Assembly (NCBI GenBank): GCA_036390995.1
Contig: DASWAT010000083.1
Location: 3,052-67,051, forward strand
Direction: 5' to 3'
Origin: Actinomycetota bacterium
GTDB taxonomy: Bacteria; Actinomycetota; UBA4738; HRBIN12
DNA: 64,000 nucleotides
A program made the position numbers and the translations under genes. The notes below the pieces were generated by a model, which had not been told where the DNA came from, did not search any database, and was given only the letters and a program-made list of their open reading frames with translations. Of the stretch, positions 9,599-20,092 are shown piece after piece (positions within the stretch are counted from its first letter, which is position 1; each line of letters begins with the position of its first letter).

Positions 9599-10369
9599 TC
9601 AGAAGCGGTCGAACAGGATCGAGCGCTTCACGTCCTGGATCGCCTTCGTCACCTCGATGCCGCGAGGACAGGCCTCGGTGCAGTTGAAGGTGGTCCGGCA
9701 GCGGAACACGCCGGTCTTCTCGGACAGGATCTTCAGGCGCTCGTCGGCGGCGCGGTCGCGGCTGTCGTAGATGAACCGGTGGGCGTTCACGATGGCCGCC
9801 GGGCCGACGTACTCCTCGTCGCCCCAGAAGATCGGACACGACGTGGTGCAGCAGGCGCACAGGATGCACTTCGTGGTGTCGTCGAAGCGGTGGCGCTCCT
9901 CGGGGGACTGCACGCGCTCGGTGTTCGGCTCGCCCTCTTCGTTGATGAGGTAGGGGAGGACCGATCGGTACCCTGCGAAGAACGGCTCCATGTCCACGTA
10001 CAGGTCCTTCAGGACCGGCAGGCCGCGGATCGGCTCCACCGTCACCCTCGGGACGAGGTCGCGTACCAGGACCTTGCAGGCCAGGCGGTTCTTGCCGTTC
10101 ACCATCATGGCGTCCGAGCCGCAGATGCCGTGGGCGCACGAGCGCCGCAGCGCCAGGGTGCCGTCGTGGCGCCACTTCACCTCGTGGAGCGCGTCGAGCA
10201 GGCGGTCGTTCGGGAACGCCTCGATCGTGAACTCGTCCCACCACGACTCTTCGCCCCGCAGCTCCGGGTTGTACCGGCGGATCTTCAGCGTGAGCGAGAC
10301 CTTGCCGGTGGCGCCCGCCCGCCGTTGATCGGAGGAGTCGAGGACGTCCCCGAGTGGCTGCGAGCTCAT
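9599..10369 (-). CDS. sdhB: Succinate dehydrogenase/fumarate reductase iron-sulfur subunit
   Basis: CAHGICGSDAMMVNG (2Fe-2S), CILCACCTTSCP and CTEACPRG cluster motifs. Confidence 0.9.
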   Translation of the reverse strand: MSSQPLGDVLDSSDQRRAGATGKVSLTLKIRRYNPELRGEESWWDEFTIEAFPNDRLLDALHEVKWRHDGTLALRRSCAHGICGSDAMMVNGKNRLACKVLVRDLVPRVTVEPIRGLPVLKDLYVDMEPFFAGYRSVLPYLINEEGEPNTERVQSPEERHRFDDTTKCILCACCTTSCPIFWGDEEYVGPAAIVNAHRFIYDSRDRAADERLKILSEKTGVFRCRTTFNCTEACPRGIEVTKAIQDVKRSILFDRF

Positions 10370-12105
10370 CAGTACTTCCTCTCCATGGGCACGTAGGGCC
10401 CGAGCTTCACGTCCTTGTACTCCAGGCGGATCCCGCCGTCGTCCTCCCGGTACGCGAGCGAGTGCTTCAGCCAGTGCTCGTCGTCGCGCAGCGGATGGTC
10501 TTCGCGGTAGTGCCCGCCCCGGCTCTCGTCACGGGCCAGCGCGGCGGCCACGAGCGCGTCGGCGCAATCGAGGAGGAAGCCCAGCTCCACGACCTCCATG
10601 AGGTCGGTGTTGTACATCTTGCCCTTGTCCTGCACGAGGACGTGGTCGAAGCGCTCGCGCAGGCCGCCCAGGACCTCCTGCATCTTGCGCAGGCTCTCCT
10701 CCGTTCGGACCACGAACGCGAGGTCGTACATCTGGTCCTGCAGGTCCGTCCGGATGTCGGCCGCGTTGGCTCCCTCCGCCCGCTCGAGCATCGCGCCGAG
10801 CATCTCGGTCACGAACCCCTCCGGGCGCTCGGGCAGGTCGGGCAGGTGGGCCTCCGTCGCGAACTCGGCCATGTGCCTCCCGCCCCGGCGGCCGAACACC
10901 ACGATGTCGAGGAGCGAGTTCGTGCCCAGACGGTTCGCGCCGTGCACCGAGACGCACGCGCACTCACCCGCCGCGTACAGGCCCGGCACCGGCGTCTCGT
11001 CCGGTCCGACCACCACCCGGCCGTCGACGTCGGTGGGGATGCCGCCCATCGCGTAGTGCGCGGTGGGCTGGATCGGGACCGGTTCGGTGGTGGGCTCGAC
11101 GTTCAGGTAGATCCGGGCGAACTCGGTGACGTCGGGCAGCTTCTCCTCGATGACGTCGCGGGGCAGATGCCGAACGTCGAGATACACCCCGTCCTTGTGC
11201 GGGCCGATGCCCCGGCCCTCCCGGACCTCCTGGAAGATGGCTCGGGAGACGAGGTCGCGCGGAGCCAGATCCTTCACCGTGGGGGCGTAGCGCTCCATGA
11301 ACCGCTCGCCCTCGCTGTTCAGCAGGATCCCGCCCTCGCCGCGGACGGCTTCGGAGAGCAGGATGCCCATCCCGTAGACCCCCGTGGGGTGGAACTGGAA
11401 GAACTCCATGTCCTCGAGCGGCAGCCCGCGCCGGAACACCACCGAGGGACCGTCGCCGGTCAGCGTGTGGGCGTTCGAGGAGACCCGGAACATCCGGCCG
11501 AACCCGCCGGTAGCGAACAGCACGGCCTTGGCCCGGAAGACGTGGAGCTCGCCGGTGGCCAGCTCGTACGCGACGACGCCGGCCGTGCGACCCTCGCTCA
11601 TCAGGAGGTCGAGGACGTAGAACTCGTTGAAGAACCGGATGCCGCGCTTCACGCACTGCTGGTACAGGGTCTGCAGGATCATGTGGCCGGTGCGGTCGGC
11701 GGCGTAGCATGCCCGCTTGACCGGTGCCTCGCCGTGGTTGCGGGTGTGACCGCCGAACCGGCGTTGGTCGATCTTGCCGTCGGGGGTTCTGTTGAACGGC
11801 AGCCCCCAGTGCTCCAGCTCGTAGATCGCGTCGATGGCCTCCTCGCACATCAGCTGGGCTGCGGACTGGTCGACCAGGTAGTCGCCGCCCTTCACCGTGT
11901 CGAAGGCGTGCCACTCAGGAGAGTCCTCCTCCACGTTGGCAAGGGCCGCGCACACCCCGCCCTGCGCCGTGCCCGTGTGCGAGCGCGTGGGGTACAGCTT
12001 CGAGATCACGGCGGTTCGCCCGCGGTCCGCCGCCTCGATGGCCGCCCGCATCCCGGCGCCGCCGGCGCCGACGATCACGGAGTCGTACGTGTGGGTGACC
12101 GTCAC
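10369..12105 (-). CDS. sdhA: Succinate dehydrogenase flavoprotein subunit
   Basis: [18 protein letters not shown] fold, [10 protein letters not shown], and the HPTG and HGANRLG motifs. 578 aa. Confidence 0.9.
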   Translation of the reverse strand: MTVTHTYDSVIVGAGGAGMRAAIEAADRGRTAVISKLYPTRSHTGTAQGGVCAALANVEEDSPEWHAFDTVKGGDYLVDQSAAQLMCEEAIDAIYELEHWGLPFNRTPDGKIDQRRFGGHTRNHGEAPVKRACYAADRTGHMILQTLYQQCVKRGIRFFNEFYVLDLLMSEGRTAGVVAYELATGELHVFRAKAVLFATGGFGRMFRVSSNAHTLTGDGPSVVFRRGLPLEDMEFFQFHPTGVYGMGILLSEAVRGEGGILLNSEGERFMERYAPTVKDLAPRDLVSRAIFQEVREGRGIGPHKDGVYLDVRHLPRDVIEEKLPDVTEFARIYLNVEPTTEPVPIQPTAHYAMGGIPTDVDGRVVVGPDETPVPGLYAAGECACVSVHGANRLGTNSLLDIVVFGRRGGRHMAEFATEAHLPDLPERPEGFVTEMLGAMLERAEGANAADIRTDLQDQMYDLAFVVRTEESLRKMQEVLGGLRERFDHVLVQDKGKMYNTDLMEVVELGFLLDCADALVAAALARDESRGGHYREDHPLRDDEHWLKHSLAYREDDGGIRLEYKDVKLGPYVPMERKY

Positions 12106-12106
12106 G

Positions 12107-12565
12107 TCACGTCGCCCCCGGCCACCTGCTGGGTTCGAACGTGAACACGATCACGGTCCCCAGCACGAAGAGCACGAACCCGACGATGTAGAAGAACATG
12201 TTCACCACGAAGCGCCAGGCCACCGGCCGCACGTAGTCCTGCACGACGACGCGGAGCCCGTTGATCCCGTGCAGCAGGGCGAGCGAGAGCAGCGCCCAGT
12301 CCCAGGTGCGCCAGAACGGGCTCTGCCACCGGGTTGCCACGAAGCCGAAATCCACCCGACCGACCCCGCCACCGACGACGTGCATGATCAGCACGTGACC
12401 CACGACCAGGAACAGCAGCACGATGCCGCTGATGCGCATGAACAGCCAGGTCCACAGCTCCCAGCCTCCGGCCGGCCGATCCCGGCCGCTCCGATACCCC
12501 AGGATGGATCCGCCGCGCGGAGCGGGGTTCTCGGCTGCCGGTCGGCTCTCGGTCCGTGTGGCCAT
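12107..12565 (-). CDS. sdhD: Succinate dehydrogenase membrane anchor subunit
   Basis: 152 aa, three TM helices with a His-containing helix ([11 protein letters not shown]). ATG 12565-12563 overlaps the sdhC stop by 1 nt (TGATG). Confidence 0.7.
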   Translation of the reverse strand: MATRTESRPAAENPAPRGGSILGYRSGRDRPAGGWELWTWLFMRISGIVLLFLVVGHVLIMHVVGGGVGRVDFGFVATRWQSPFWRTWDWALLSLALLHGINGLRVVVQDYVRPVAWRFVVNMFFYIVGFVLFVLGTVIVFTFEPSRWPGAT

Positions 12566-12966
12566 CACAGGTTCCAATGGAGGGCGAGGTCGAGGATGTC
12601 CTTGCCCATGATCCAGGTGATCGGGACCATGCTGAGCACGAAGATGCCGGTGCTGGCGAGGGAGATCGCCTTGAAGTGGCGGGTGGAGCTCGGCCAGAAG
12701 TCGAACACCATGATCTTGACGCCGTTGATCGCGTGGTACATGACCGCAGCGACGAGCCCGAGCTCGAGGATCCGCACCGCCCAGTTCTCGTAGACCGACA
12801 CCACGCGATCGTAGGCATGAGGGCCCCAGCCGATGACTGCGGTGTCGATGACATGCGCGAACAGGAAGAGGATGACTGCGACGCCGGTGATCCGATGGGC
12901 GATCCAGGACCATTGCCCCGGACTGCCCCTGTACAGCGTCCCGACGTCGGTCTTCCGTTTCGCCAT
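12565..12966 (-). CDS. sdhC: Succinate dehydrogenase cytochrome b subunit
   Basis: 133 aa, HRITGVAVILFLFAHV heme-ligand helix. First gene of the sdhCDAB operon. Confidence 0.75.
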   Translation of the reverse strand: MAKRKTDVGTLYRGSPGQWSWIAHRITGVAVILFLFAHVIDTAVIGWGPHAYDRVVSVYENWAVRILELGLVAAVMYHAINGVKIMVFDFWPSSTRHFKAISLASTGIFVLSMVPITWIMGKDILDLALHWNL

Positions 12967-13072
12967 CGTCGTTGCCCCAAAGACTAGCGCGCCGGTTGTG
13001 GGTCGTTCCGGCCGAAGCGGTGCGCGGCCGCGGGGAGTCTACTCCGGAACGGCGGGCATCGACCGGGGCGCG

Positions 13073-13705
13073 TTACGCCAGCCGGAGCGCCACCAGCACG
13101 CCTTCGCGCGTCGGGACGATGTTCGAGAGGAAGCGCTCGTCCTCGGCGATGAGGCGGTTGTGCTCGCGGATCGCGTCGGGACCCTCTCCCTCGTCGAGCA
13201 CCGTGCCGGCCCCGTATCCGATCGTGTTGTCGCACAGGTACAGGCCGCCCACGCGGATCCGCTCTCGGGCGGCCCGCCATGCCTCCGGGTAGCCGCGCTT
13301 GTCGATGTCGCAGAAGACCACGTCGAACTCGCCTTCGACGCCGGCGAGACTCGTGAGGGCGTCGCCGGCGTGCCAGCGGATCCGCTCCCCGAGGCCGGCC
13401 CTCCCGAGGTAGCCCATCGCCTTCGGCTCGTTCGCGGGGTCGCCGTCGGTGGCGTGGACCTCGCCGTTCGGGCCCACCGCGCGCGAGAACCAGAACGCGG
13501 AGTACCCGAAGCCGGAGCCGAGCTCGAAGACGCGCCTCGCGCCGATCGAGCGGGCGAGCAGCTCGAGCCACACGCCGCAGAGGCGGCCGATGATGGGGAA
13601 GCCGTTCGCCTCGGCCTCGGTCTCCATCTCCAGGAGTACCGGCTCGTCGTGACGGACGAGCAGATCCCCCACGTAGGCCTCGACGCGAGGGTCGACGATG
13701 TCCAC
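13073..13705 (-). CDS. Class I SAM-dependent O-methyltransferase (caffeoyl-CoA OMT / family-3 like)
   Basis: VFELGSGFGYSAFWFSRAV (SAM motif I), VVFCDIDKRGY, VGGLYLCDN. GTG at 13705, only 10 nt downstream of the nadB stop. Confidence 0.7.
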   Translation of the reverse strand: MDIVDPRVEAYVGDLLVRHDEPVLLEMETEAEANGFPIIGRLCGVWLELLARSIGARRVFELGSGFGYSAFWFSRAVGPNGEVHATDGDPANEPKAMGYLGRAGLGERIRWHAGDALTSLAGVEGEFDVVFCDIDKRGYPEAWRAARERIRVGGLYLCDNTIGYGAGTVLDEGEGPDAIREHNRLIAEDERFLSNIVPTREGVLVALRLA

Positions 13706-13715
13706 GGGCGGAACC

Positions 13716-15209
13716 CTAACGCGCCGCGTCGTGGTCCGTGAGCCGCACCGTCCACCATCCCCGAGGGTCGACGGCCTGCCGGACGCGCCAGGTCGGTTCG
13801 GGGCGCGGGAAGTCGGTCCGGAAGTGCCCGCCTCGGCTCTCGGTGCGGCGGAGCGCGGCGAGCGCGACCAGGCGGGCCACGAGGGTGGCGGCGCGGCTCC
13901 CGCCCTCCTCGGTCCCGCCGGCCGTCTCGAGCTTCGCGGCGAGCGCGGCCAGGTCCTCTCCGGTCCGGCGCACGCCGAGGAACCGGTCGCACAGGTCCCG
14001 GAGCTCGGGAAGCGGAAGGCCCCCGATCGGGTCGGCGCCCTCGACCGGTGTCTCGGGTCGTCCCTCCGGGAGCTCCCACGGCCCGTCCTCGGCCACGGCG
14101 GCCCGGCGTCCGAACACCAGCGCCTCCGCCAGTGAGTTGGAGGCCAGACGGTTCGCGCCGTGGACACCCGTGGCCGCCACCTCGCCGCAGGCGAACAGGC
14201 CCGGCACCGAGGTGCGCCCCCACGTGTCGGTGAGGGCGCCGCCGACGAAGTAGTGCGCGGCCGGCGCCACCGGCACGAGATCGCGGGCGATGTCCAGGCC
14301 GACCTGACGACACTGCTCGGCCGCAACGGGGAACCGTCGAGCCACGTCGGGGACCGCCCGGGCGTCGAGGAAGACGGGACCAACCGTCTCCTCCCGGACG
14401 TGCACCACCGCTCGGGCCACCACGTCCCGCGGCGCGAGATCGGCGAGCTCGTGGAAGCGGGACATGAAGGGCTCGCCCTTCCCATCGACGAGCACGGCGC
14501 CCTCGCCGCGCAGGGCCTCCGTCAGCAGCCGGGCCGGATGTCCCGGCACGTCGAGCGCCGTCGGATGGAACTGCACGAACTCGAGGTCGGCCAGCGCGGC
14601 GCCGGCGTCCCAGGCGAGCACGAGCCCGTCGCCCGTGGAGGTCTCCGGACCGGTCCGATGTCCGAAGATCCCACACGCCCCACCGGTGGCCAGGATCACC
14701 CGGTCTGCGGGAAGCTCCGACCCGTCCTCCATGACCACGCCGGTCGCGACGCCCTCGCCGGTCACGACCCGTCGGACCAACGCGTGGACCCGGTCGATCC
14801 GCCCGTCCCCTTCGACGCGGCCTGCGAGGAACCGGTGGAGCTCCCGCCCGGAGGCATCGCCCCCCGCGTGGAGCACGCGTCGCACGTGGTGGCCGCCCTC
14901 GAGCGCGGTCGCCCCCCGGTCGAAGGGCATGCCGAGGTCGAGGAGCTCCCCGACCGCCTCCGGCGCCTCGCGGGTGAGCACGCCGACCGCGCGTGGGTCG
15001 CACAGCTCGTGCCCCGCGGCCATGGTGTCGGCCGCGTGGAGCTCCGGCGAGTCGTCCGGCCCGGTCGCGGCGGCGATGCCCCCCTGGGCCCAGGCGGTGG
15101 CGCTGTCGAGCGCGGCCGCCGGCGCCACGATCGCGACCGGTCCGCGCTCGGCCGCGTGGAGGGCGCAGAACAGGCCCGCGGCACCCGCGCCGACCACCAC
15201 GGTTCGCAC
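13716..15209 (-). CDS. nadB: L-aspartate oxidase
   Basis: VVVGAGAAGL FAD fold, HYFVGG, HGANRLASNSL, RTESRGGHFRTDFP. 497 aa. Confidence 0.85.
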   Translation of the reverse strand: MRTVVVGAGAAGLFCALHAAERGPVAIVAPAAALDSATAWAQGGIAAATGPDDSPELHAADTMAAGHELCDPRAVGVLTREAPEAVGELLDLGMPFDRGATALEGGHHVRRVLHAGGDASGRELHRFLAGRVEGDGRIDRVHALVRRVVTGEGVATGVVMEDGSELPADRVILATGGACGIFGHRTGPETSTGDGLVLAWDAGAALADLEFVQFHPTALDVPGHPARLLTEALRGEGAVLVDGKGEPFMSRFHELADLAPRDVVARAVVHVREETVGPVFLDARAVPDVARRFPVAAEQCRQVGLDIARDLVPVAPAAHYFVGGALTDTWGRTSVPGLFACGEVAATGVHGANRLASNSLAEALVFGRRAAVAEDGPWELPEGRPETPVEGADPIGGLPLPELRDLCDRFLGVRRTGEDLAALAAKLETAGGTEEGGSRAATLVARLVALAALRRTESRGGHFRTDFPRPEPTWRVRQAVDPRGWWTVRLTDHDAAR

Positions 15210-15216
15210 TGGACCC

Positions 15217-16269
15217 CTACGCGGTGCGGGCGCCGGCCGGCGGCGTCCCCGCCGAGGCCGGTCCGAGCTCGATCATCCGCTCCACGGCGCGGCGGGCCCT
15301 GGCCGCGACCTCGTCCGGGACGGTGATCTCGAACACGCCCTCGCGGAGGGAGCGCAGCAACTTGTCCGGGGTGATGGTCTTCATGAACCGGCACACGGCG
15401 TCCTCGTCCACCGGATCGAACGTCTTGCCCGGCGCGGCCTTCCGCAGCTGGTGGAGGATCCCGGTCTCGGTGGCGACGAGGAAGCGCGAAGCCGAGGACC
15501 GGGCGGCCTCGGCCACCATGCCGCCGGTGGAGAGCACCTTCGTGCGCTCGGCGGGGAGCACCCCTTCCGACAGGAGCCAGAGCGCCGTGGTGGTGCACCC
15601 ACACTCCGGGTGGATCATGAGCTCCGCCTCGGGGTCCTCGGCCGCCCTGCCCTCGAGCTTCTGCGGGTCGATCGCGGCATGCACGTGGCACTCGCCCATC
15701 CACACCTGCATCTTCCGTCCGGTCACACGTTCCACGTGCGCGCCGAGGAACATGTCCGGCAGGAACAGGATCTCCCGGTCCTCGGGGATCGATCCCACGA
15801 CGTCGACGGCGTTCGAGGAGGTGCAGCACACGTCGGACTCGGCCTTCACCTCGGCCGTGGTGTTCACGTAGGCCACGACGACCGCGCCGGGGTGCTCGTC
15901 CTTCCACGCCCGGAGCTGGTCGGCGGTGATCGAGTCGGCGAGCGAGCACCCGGCCCCGAGGTCCGGGAGCAGCACGGTCTTGTCCGGGGACAGGAGCTTC
16001 GCCGTCTCGGCCATGAAGTGCACGCCGCAGAACACGATGACATCGGCATCGGTGGCCGCGGCCTGCCGCGACAGCGCGAGCGAGTCGCCCACGAAGTCCG
16101 CGACGTCCTGGATCCAGGGCACCTGGTAGTTGTGGGCCAGGATCACCGCGTTCCGTTCCTCGGCCAGGCGCCGGACCTCGGCCGCCCATGCGGCGAAATC
16201 CCTGCCCGCGCCGTTCCGCTCAGCCGCGTGCGTCTTCGTCCACATCGAGGACCTCCAGCGAGATGTCAA
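15217..16269 (-). CDS. nadA: Quinolinate synthase
   Basis: [10 protein letters not shown], the Fe-S Cys ligands ([22 protein letters not shown]). The start may be the second Met (16245). Confidence 0.85.
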   Translation of the reverse strand: MTSRWRSSMWTKTHAAERNGAGRDFAAWAAEVRRLAEERNAVILAHNYQVPWIQDVADFVGDSLALSRQAAATDADVIVFCGVHFMAETAKLLSPDKTVLLPDLGAGCSLADSITADQLRAWKDEHPGAVVVAYVNTTAEVKAESDVCCTSSNAVDVVGSIPEDREILFLPDMFLGAHVERVTGRKMQVWMGECHVHAAIDPQKLEGRAAEDPEAELMIHPECGCTTTALWLLSEGVLPAERTKVLSTGGMVAEAARSSASRFLVATETGILHQLRKAAPGKTFDPVDEDAVCRFMKTITPDKLLRSLREGVFEITVPDEVAARARRAVERMIELGPASAGTPPAGARTA

Positions 16270-17116
16270 GCGCGGGCGCCGAATGCGTGAGGCGCCCTAC
16301 CGAAACCACCCGAGCGCCGGCGGCAACGAGCTCGCCCACCGTCTCCAGCCGCACGCCCCCTGAGATCTCCAGCCGCTCCGGATCGCGCACCCGCGCCGCG
16401 GCCGCCCGGACGAGGTCCTGGGTGGGGTTGTCCAGCAGGATCCGGTCGGCACCCTCAGCGAGGGCCTCCTCCAGCTCCCGCAGGGTCTCCACCTCCACCT
16501 CCACGGGAACGCCGCCCCTCTTGGCCAGGCGGACGGCGGGCGTCACGCCGCCGGCGATCCTGACGTGGTTGTCCTTGATCAGCACGGCGTCGGAGAGCGA
16601 GGCGCGGTGCAGCGTCCCGCCGCCGGCGGCCACGGCCTCGCGCTCCAGCTCTCGGAGGCCCGGGATCGTCTTGCGGGTGCACAGGATCCTCGCCGGCACA
16701 GCCGCATCCACGTACCGGCGGGTGAGCGTGGCGACGCCCGACAGGTGCGAGAGGAAGTTCACGGCGATCCGCTCGGCCCGAAGCACCGTGCGAGCCGGGC
16801 CCCGGATCGCCGCGAGCACGTCGCCCGGCTCCACCCGGGTGCCGTCGTCCACCTTCGGCTCGACGGCGACCGGGCCGGCCCCGTCCTGCTCCGCGGCCGT
16901 TCGGAAGACCTCGGCGGCAACGGCCATCCCGGCGATCACGCCCGCGGCCTTCGCCCGGAGCTCCGCGGTACAGGCGGCCCCGGCAGGGACGACGAGCTCG
17001 CTCGTGAGGTCGCCGCCCGGCGCGTCCTCGGCCAGCGCGCGACGGATCAGGTCCGTTCGCGTCCCGGCCGGCGCCGTTCCCGTGGCTCCGTTGGCAGGTG
17101 ACAAGACAGCTACCAT
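16220..17116 (-). CDS. nadC: Nicotinate-nucleotide pyrophosphorylase (carboxylating)
   Basis: [18 protein letters not shown]-terminus, [23 protein letters not shown] at 17116, with an alternative at 17128. Overlaps the nadA start. Confidence 0.8.
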   Translation of the reverse strand: MVAVLSPANGATGTAPAGTRTDLIRRALAEDAPGGDLTSELVVPAGAACTAELRAKAAGVIAGMAVAAEVFRTAAEQDGAGPVAVEPKVDDGTRVEPGDVLAAIRGPARTVLRAERIAVNFLSHLSGVATLTRRYVDAAVPARILCTRKTIPGLRELEREAVAAGGGTLHRASLSDAVLIKDNHVRIAGGVTPAVRLAKRGGVPVEVEVETLRELEEALAEGADRILLDNPTQDLVRAAAARVRDPERLEISGGVRLETVGELVAAGARVVSVGRLTHSAPALDISLEVLDVDEDARG

Positions 17117-17126
17117 CGTACCCGGC

Positions 17127-17651
17127 ATGCTCCGGACCGAGGACCGACGCCGAGCCCTCGTCGCCCGGCTCCGACGGACCAGCCATCCGGTGCGGGGCTC
17201 GGACCTGGCGGCGGAGCTCGGGGTGAGCCGCCAGGTCGTGGTGAACGACGTGGCCATCCTTCGGGCGGGGGGCCTTCCGGTCGTGGGGACGCCCCAGGGG
17301 TACCTCCTGGTGGATCGCGGCGTTGCGGCCGACGAGGCGGTGGTCGCCGTGCGCCACGGGCGCGAGCGCACCGCCGAGGAGCTCGCCGTGTTGGTCGATC
17401 ACGGACTGACCGTCCTGGACGTGGTGGTGGAACACCAGCTCTACGGGGAGATGCGAGCCAATCTGATGCTTCGCACGCGAGAGGACGTGGACCGGTTCGT
17501 GGAGTCGATGGAGCGCGACGGCGCGCAGCTCCTGTCGGCGCTCACCGGCGGCGTCCACCTGCACACCGTGCGGTTCTCCGATGAGGCGGCGCTCGAGGCT
17601 GCCCGGCGCGAGCTCCGCAGGCTCGGGCTGCTGCTGCAGGAGAGCGGCTAG
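17127..17651 (+). CDS. niaR: NiaR-type niacin-responsive transcriptional repressor (HTH_11 + 3H domain)
   Basis: N-terminal HTH ([55 protein letters not shown]) followed by a 3H domain with three His (VAVRHGRER...VDHG...[10 protein letters not shown]...VHLHTV). Divergent from nadC. Confidence 0.7.
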   Translation: MLRTEDRRRALVARLRRTSHPVRGSDLAAELGVSRQVVVNDVAILRAGGLPVVGTPQGYLLVDRGVAADEAVVAVRHGRERTAEELAVLVDHGLTVLDVVVEHQLYGEMRANLMLRTREDVDRFVESMERDGAQLLSALTGGVHLHTVRFSDEAALEAARRELRRLGLLLQESG

Positions 17652-17662
17652 GCTGGAGCCTC

Positions 17663-19246
17663 ATGGAGCCCGAGCAGCGCCGTCTCACCGATGCCGGGAT
17701 CGAGATCCGCCCCCTGTACGGCCCGGAGGATCCGCCCGGTTTCGACCCCGAACGCGATCTCGGAGCCCCCGGCGAGGCGCCGTTCACGCGCGGGGTGTAC
17801 CCGTCGATGTACCGCGGTCGCCTGTGGACGATGCGCCAGTACGCGGGCATGGCCACGGCCGAGGAGACGAACCGGCGCTTCCGGTATCTCCTCGATCGCG
17901 GCCAGACCGGGTTGTCGGTGGCCTTCGACCTGCCCACGCAGATGGGTTACGACTCCGACCACCCGCGCTCTGAGGGCGAGGTCGGCAAGACCGGCGTGGC
18001 CGTCGACTCGATCGACGACATGCGCCGCCTGCTCGAGGGGATCCCCCTCGACCGCGTCTCGACCTCGATGACGATCAACGCGACCGCGCCGATCCTGCTG
18101 CTCCTGTACGAGCTGGTGGCCGAAGAACGGGGGATCGACGCGTCGCTGCTGTCCGGCACCGTCCAGAACGATCTGCTGAAGGAGTACGCGGCCCGAGGCA
18201 CGTACATCTACCCGCCGACGCCGTCGATGCGCATCATCACGGACCTATTCGCCTATTGCCACGACCGCATCCCCCGCTGGAACACCATCTCGATCAGCGG
18301 GTATCACATGCGCGAGGCCGGATCCACGGCCGTCCAGGAGGTGGCGTTCACCCTGGCGAACGGGATCGCGTATGTCCGCGCGGCCCTCGACGCCGGACTC
18401 GAGGTGGACGACTTCGCTCCGCGCCTCTCGTTCTTCTTCGCCTGCCACATGCACTTCTTCGAGGAGGTTGCGAAGTTCCGGGCCGCGCGGCGGATGTGGG
18501 CGCGCATCATGACCGAGCGGTTCGGCGCGAAGGATCCGAGAAGCGCGATGCTGCGGTTCCACACCCAGACCGGAGGCGCCACGCTCACCGCGCAACAGCC
18601 CGAGAACAACGTCGTCCGCACCGCATACGAGGCCCTGGCCGCCGTCCTCGGCGGCACGCAGTCGTTGCACACGAACTCGTTCGACGAGGCCCTCGCGCTT
18701 CCCACCGAGCACGCCGTGAAGATCGCGCTCCGGACCCAGCAGATCCTGGGGTACGAGACCGGTGTTCCCGACACCGCCGACCCGCTCGGCGGTTCGTACT
18801 TCGTGGAGTCGTTGACGAACGAGATCGAGGCGCGAGCAGCTGAGTACCTCGACAAGATCGAGGGTCTGGGCGGCGCCGTGGCCGCGATCGAGCAGGGCTT
18901 CTATCAGGACGAGATCCACGAGGCCGCGTTCCGGATCCAGCAGGGCGTCGAGAGCGGCGAGCGGGTGGTGGTGGGCGTGAACCGCTTCCGGGACCCGCAG
19001 GAGCGGCCCGTCGAGATCCAGCGCATCGGGGAGGAGGAGGTCGCCGCTCAGATCGACCGGGTGAGGCAGCTCCGGGCGACCCGGGATCGAACCGCCGTTG
19101 ACCGGGCCCTCGCGGCCGTCGAGGCGGCGGGGAGGGGCACGGAGAACCTGCTCCCGCCGATCAAGGAGTCCCTCCGGGCCCGGGCCACGCTCGGTGAGGT
19201 CTCGGACGTCCTCCGAGGCGTGTTCGGCGAGCATCGCCCCCGGTAG
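17663..19246 (+). CDS. Methylmalonyl-CoA mutase-family catalytic (large) subunit without B12-binding domain (IcmA/McmA-N type)
   Basis: 527 aa, strongly similar to the isobutyryl-/methylmalonyl-CoA mutase TIM-barrel domain ([75 protein letters not shown]). No C-terminal cobalamin domain. Confidence 0.85.
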   Translation: MEPEQRRLTDAGIEIRPLYGPEDPPGFDPERDLGAPGEAPFTRGVYPSMYRGRLWTMRQYAGMATAEETNRRFRYLLDRGQTGLSVAFDLPTQMGYDSDHPRSEGEVGKTGVAVDSIDDMRRLLEGIPLDRVSTSMTINATAPILLLLYELVAEERGIDASLLSGTVQNDLLKEYAARGTYIYPPTPSMRIITDLFAYCHDRIPRWNTISISGYHMREAGSTAVQEVAFTLANGIAYVRAALDAGLEVDDFAPRLSFFFACHMHFFEEVAKFRAARRMWARIMTERFGAKDPRSAMLRFHTQTGGATLTAQQPENNVVRTAYEALAAVLGGTQSLHTNSFDEALALPTEHAVKIALRTQQILGYETGVPDTADPLGGSYFVESLTNEIEARAAEYLDKIEGLGGAVAAIEQGFYQDEIHEAAFRIQQGVESGERVVVGVNRFRDPQERPVEIQRIGEEEVAAQIDRVRQLRATRDRTAVDRALAAVEAAGRGTENLLPPIKESLRARATLGEVSDVLRGVFGEHRPR

Positions 19247-19270
19247 ACGAGAGCCCTTCGGCGGTCGTCT
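19245..19270 (+). terminator. Hairpin overlapping or just after the mutase stop (weak terminator candidate)
   Basis: agacga-gagcccttcggcgg-tcgtct, a 6-bp outer stem plus an inner gcc/ggc pairing. No U-tract follows. Confidence 0.2.
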
Positions 19271-19366
19271 CGGCGAGGGTGGGGCATCGGGAACGGACCT
19301 GGGGCCCTGAGCGACCCCGCCTGAAGTCCCCCCGGCGGGTCGTCCCGTTCCGATAAGCTCCCCGCC

Positions 19367-20068
19367 ATGGACGTCGCGGTGATCGGCGGGACCGGCGAGG
19401 AGGGCTTCGGCCTCACGCTGCGGCTGGCTCGCGCCGGGCATCACGCGATCATCGGCTCGCGCTCGGAGGAGAAGGGCGCCGCCACCGCGCAGAAGGCGCG
19501 CGAGATCCTCGGCGGCGATGCCGCGGTCGACGGCACCACGAACGAGCTTGCAGCCGAACGGGGCGAGGTCGTGGCCGTCACCGTCCCCTACGCGGGGCAG
19601 GCCGACATCTACCGCGCGATCAAGGATCACGTTGCCGCGGGCAAGATCGTGCTCGACTGCACGAGTCCGCTGGCCACCGCGGTGGGAGGCCGAGCCTGGC
19701 AGGTGGTCCGTCCATGGCACGGCTCGGCCGCCGAGCAGGCGAAGGCGCTGCTCGATCCGGGCGTCCTGATGGTGGCCGCTTTCCACACCATCGCAGGCGG
19801 TGCGCTCCAGGATCTGGAGCACCCGCTCGAGAGCGACGTGTTCGTCTGCGGCAAGGACCGGGACGCGAAGGCCACGGTCGGCGGGCTGATCGACCAGATC
19901 CCGAACCTCCGCTGGGTGGACGCCGGAGATCTGGCGATGGCCCGGATCGTGGAGCCGCTCACGGCCGTCCTCGTCTCCGTCAACCGGACGTATCGGATCC
20001 ACGATTCGGGGTTCCGCCTGACCGGCCGCGAGGCTTGGGGTCCTCCGCCGGAGCGATCGTCGCGCTGA
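19367..20068 (+). CDS. NADPH-dependent F420 reductase (NpdG/FNO family)
   Basis: MDVAVIGGTGEEGFGLTLRLARAGHHAIIGSRS Rossmann N-terminus and overall F420:NADP oxidoreductase-family pattern. 233 aa. Confidence 0.7.
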   Translation: MDVAVIGGTGEEGFGLTLRLARAGHHAIIGSRSEEKGAATAQKAREILGGDAAVDGTTNELAAERGEVVAVTVPYAGQADIYRAIKDHVAAGKIVLDCTSPLATAVGGRAWQVVRPWHGSAAEQAKALLDPGVLMVAAFHTIAGGALQDLEHPLESDVFVCGKDRDAKATVGGLIDQIPNLRWVDAGDLAMARIVEPLTAVLVSVNRTYRIHDSGFRLTGREAWGPPPERSSR

Positions 20069-20092
20069 GCGGGATCGCGCCGCGCCCCGCCG

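Noticed and set aside
12115-12135. tRNA T-arm-like sequence ctgctgggttcgaacgtgaa
   Set aside because: It lies inside the sdhD coding region, with no accompanying acceptor or anticodon stem structure.
10354-12144. 596-aa + strand ORF
   Set aside because: Fully antisense to sdhA and low-complexity. It is an artefact of the absence of stop codons in GC-rich sequence.
13039-15003. 654-aa and 470-aa minus ORFs overlapping nadB in other frames
   Set aside because: nadB (13716-15209) has unambiguous FAD/aspartate oxidase motifs. Only the 3' segment 13073-13705 of the 470-aa ORF encodes a real O-methyltransferase.
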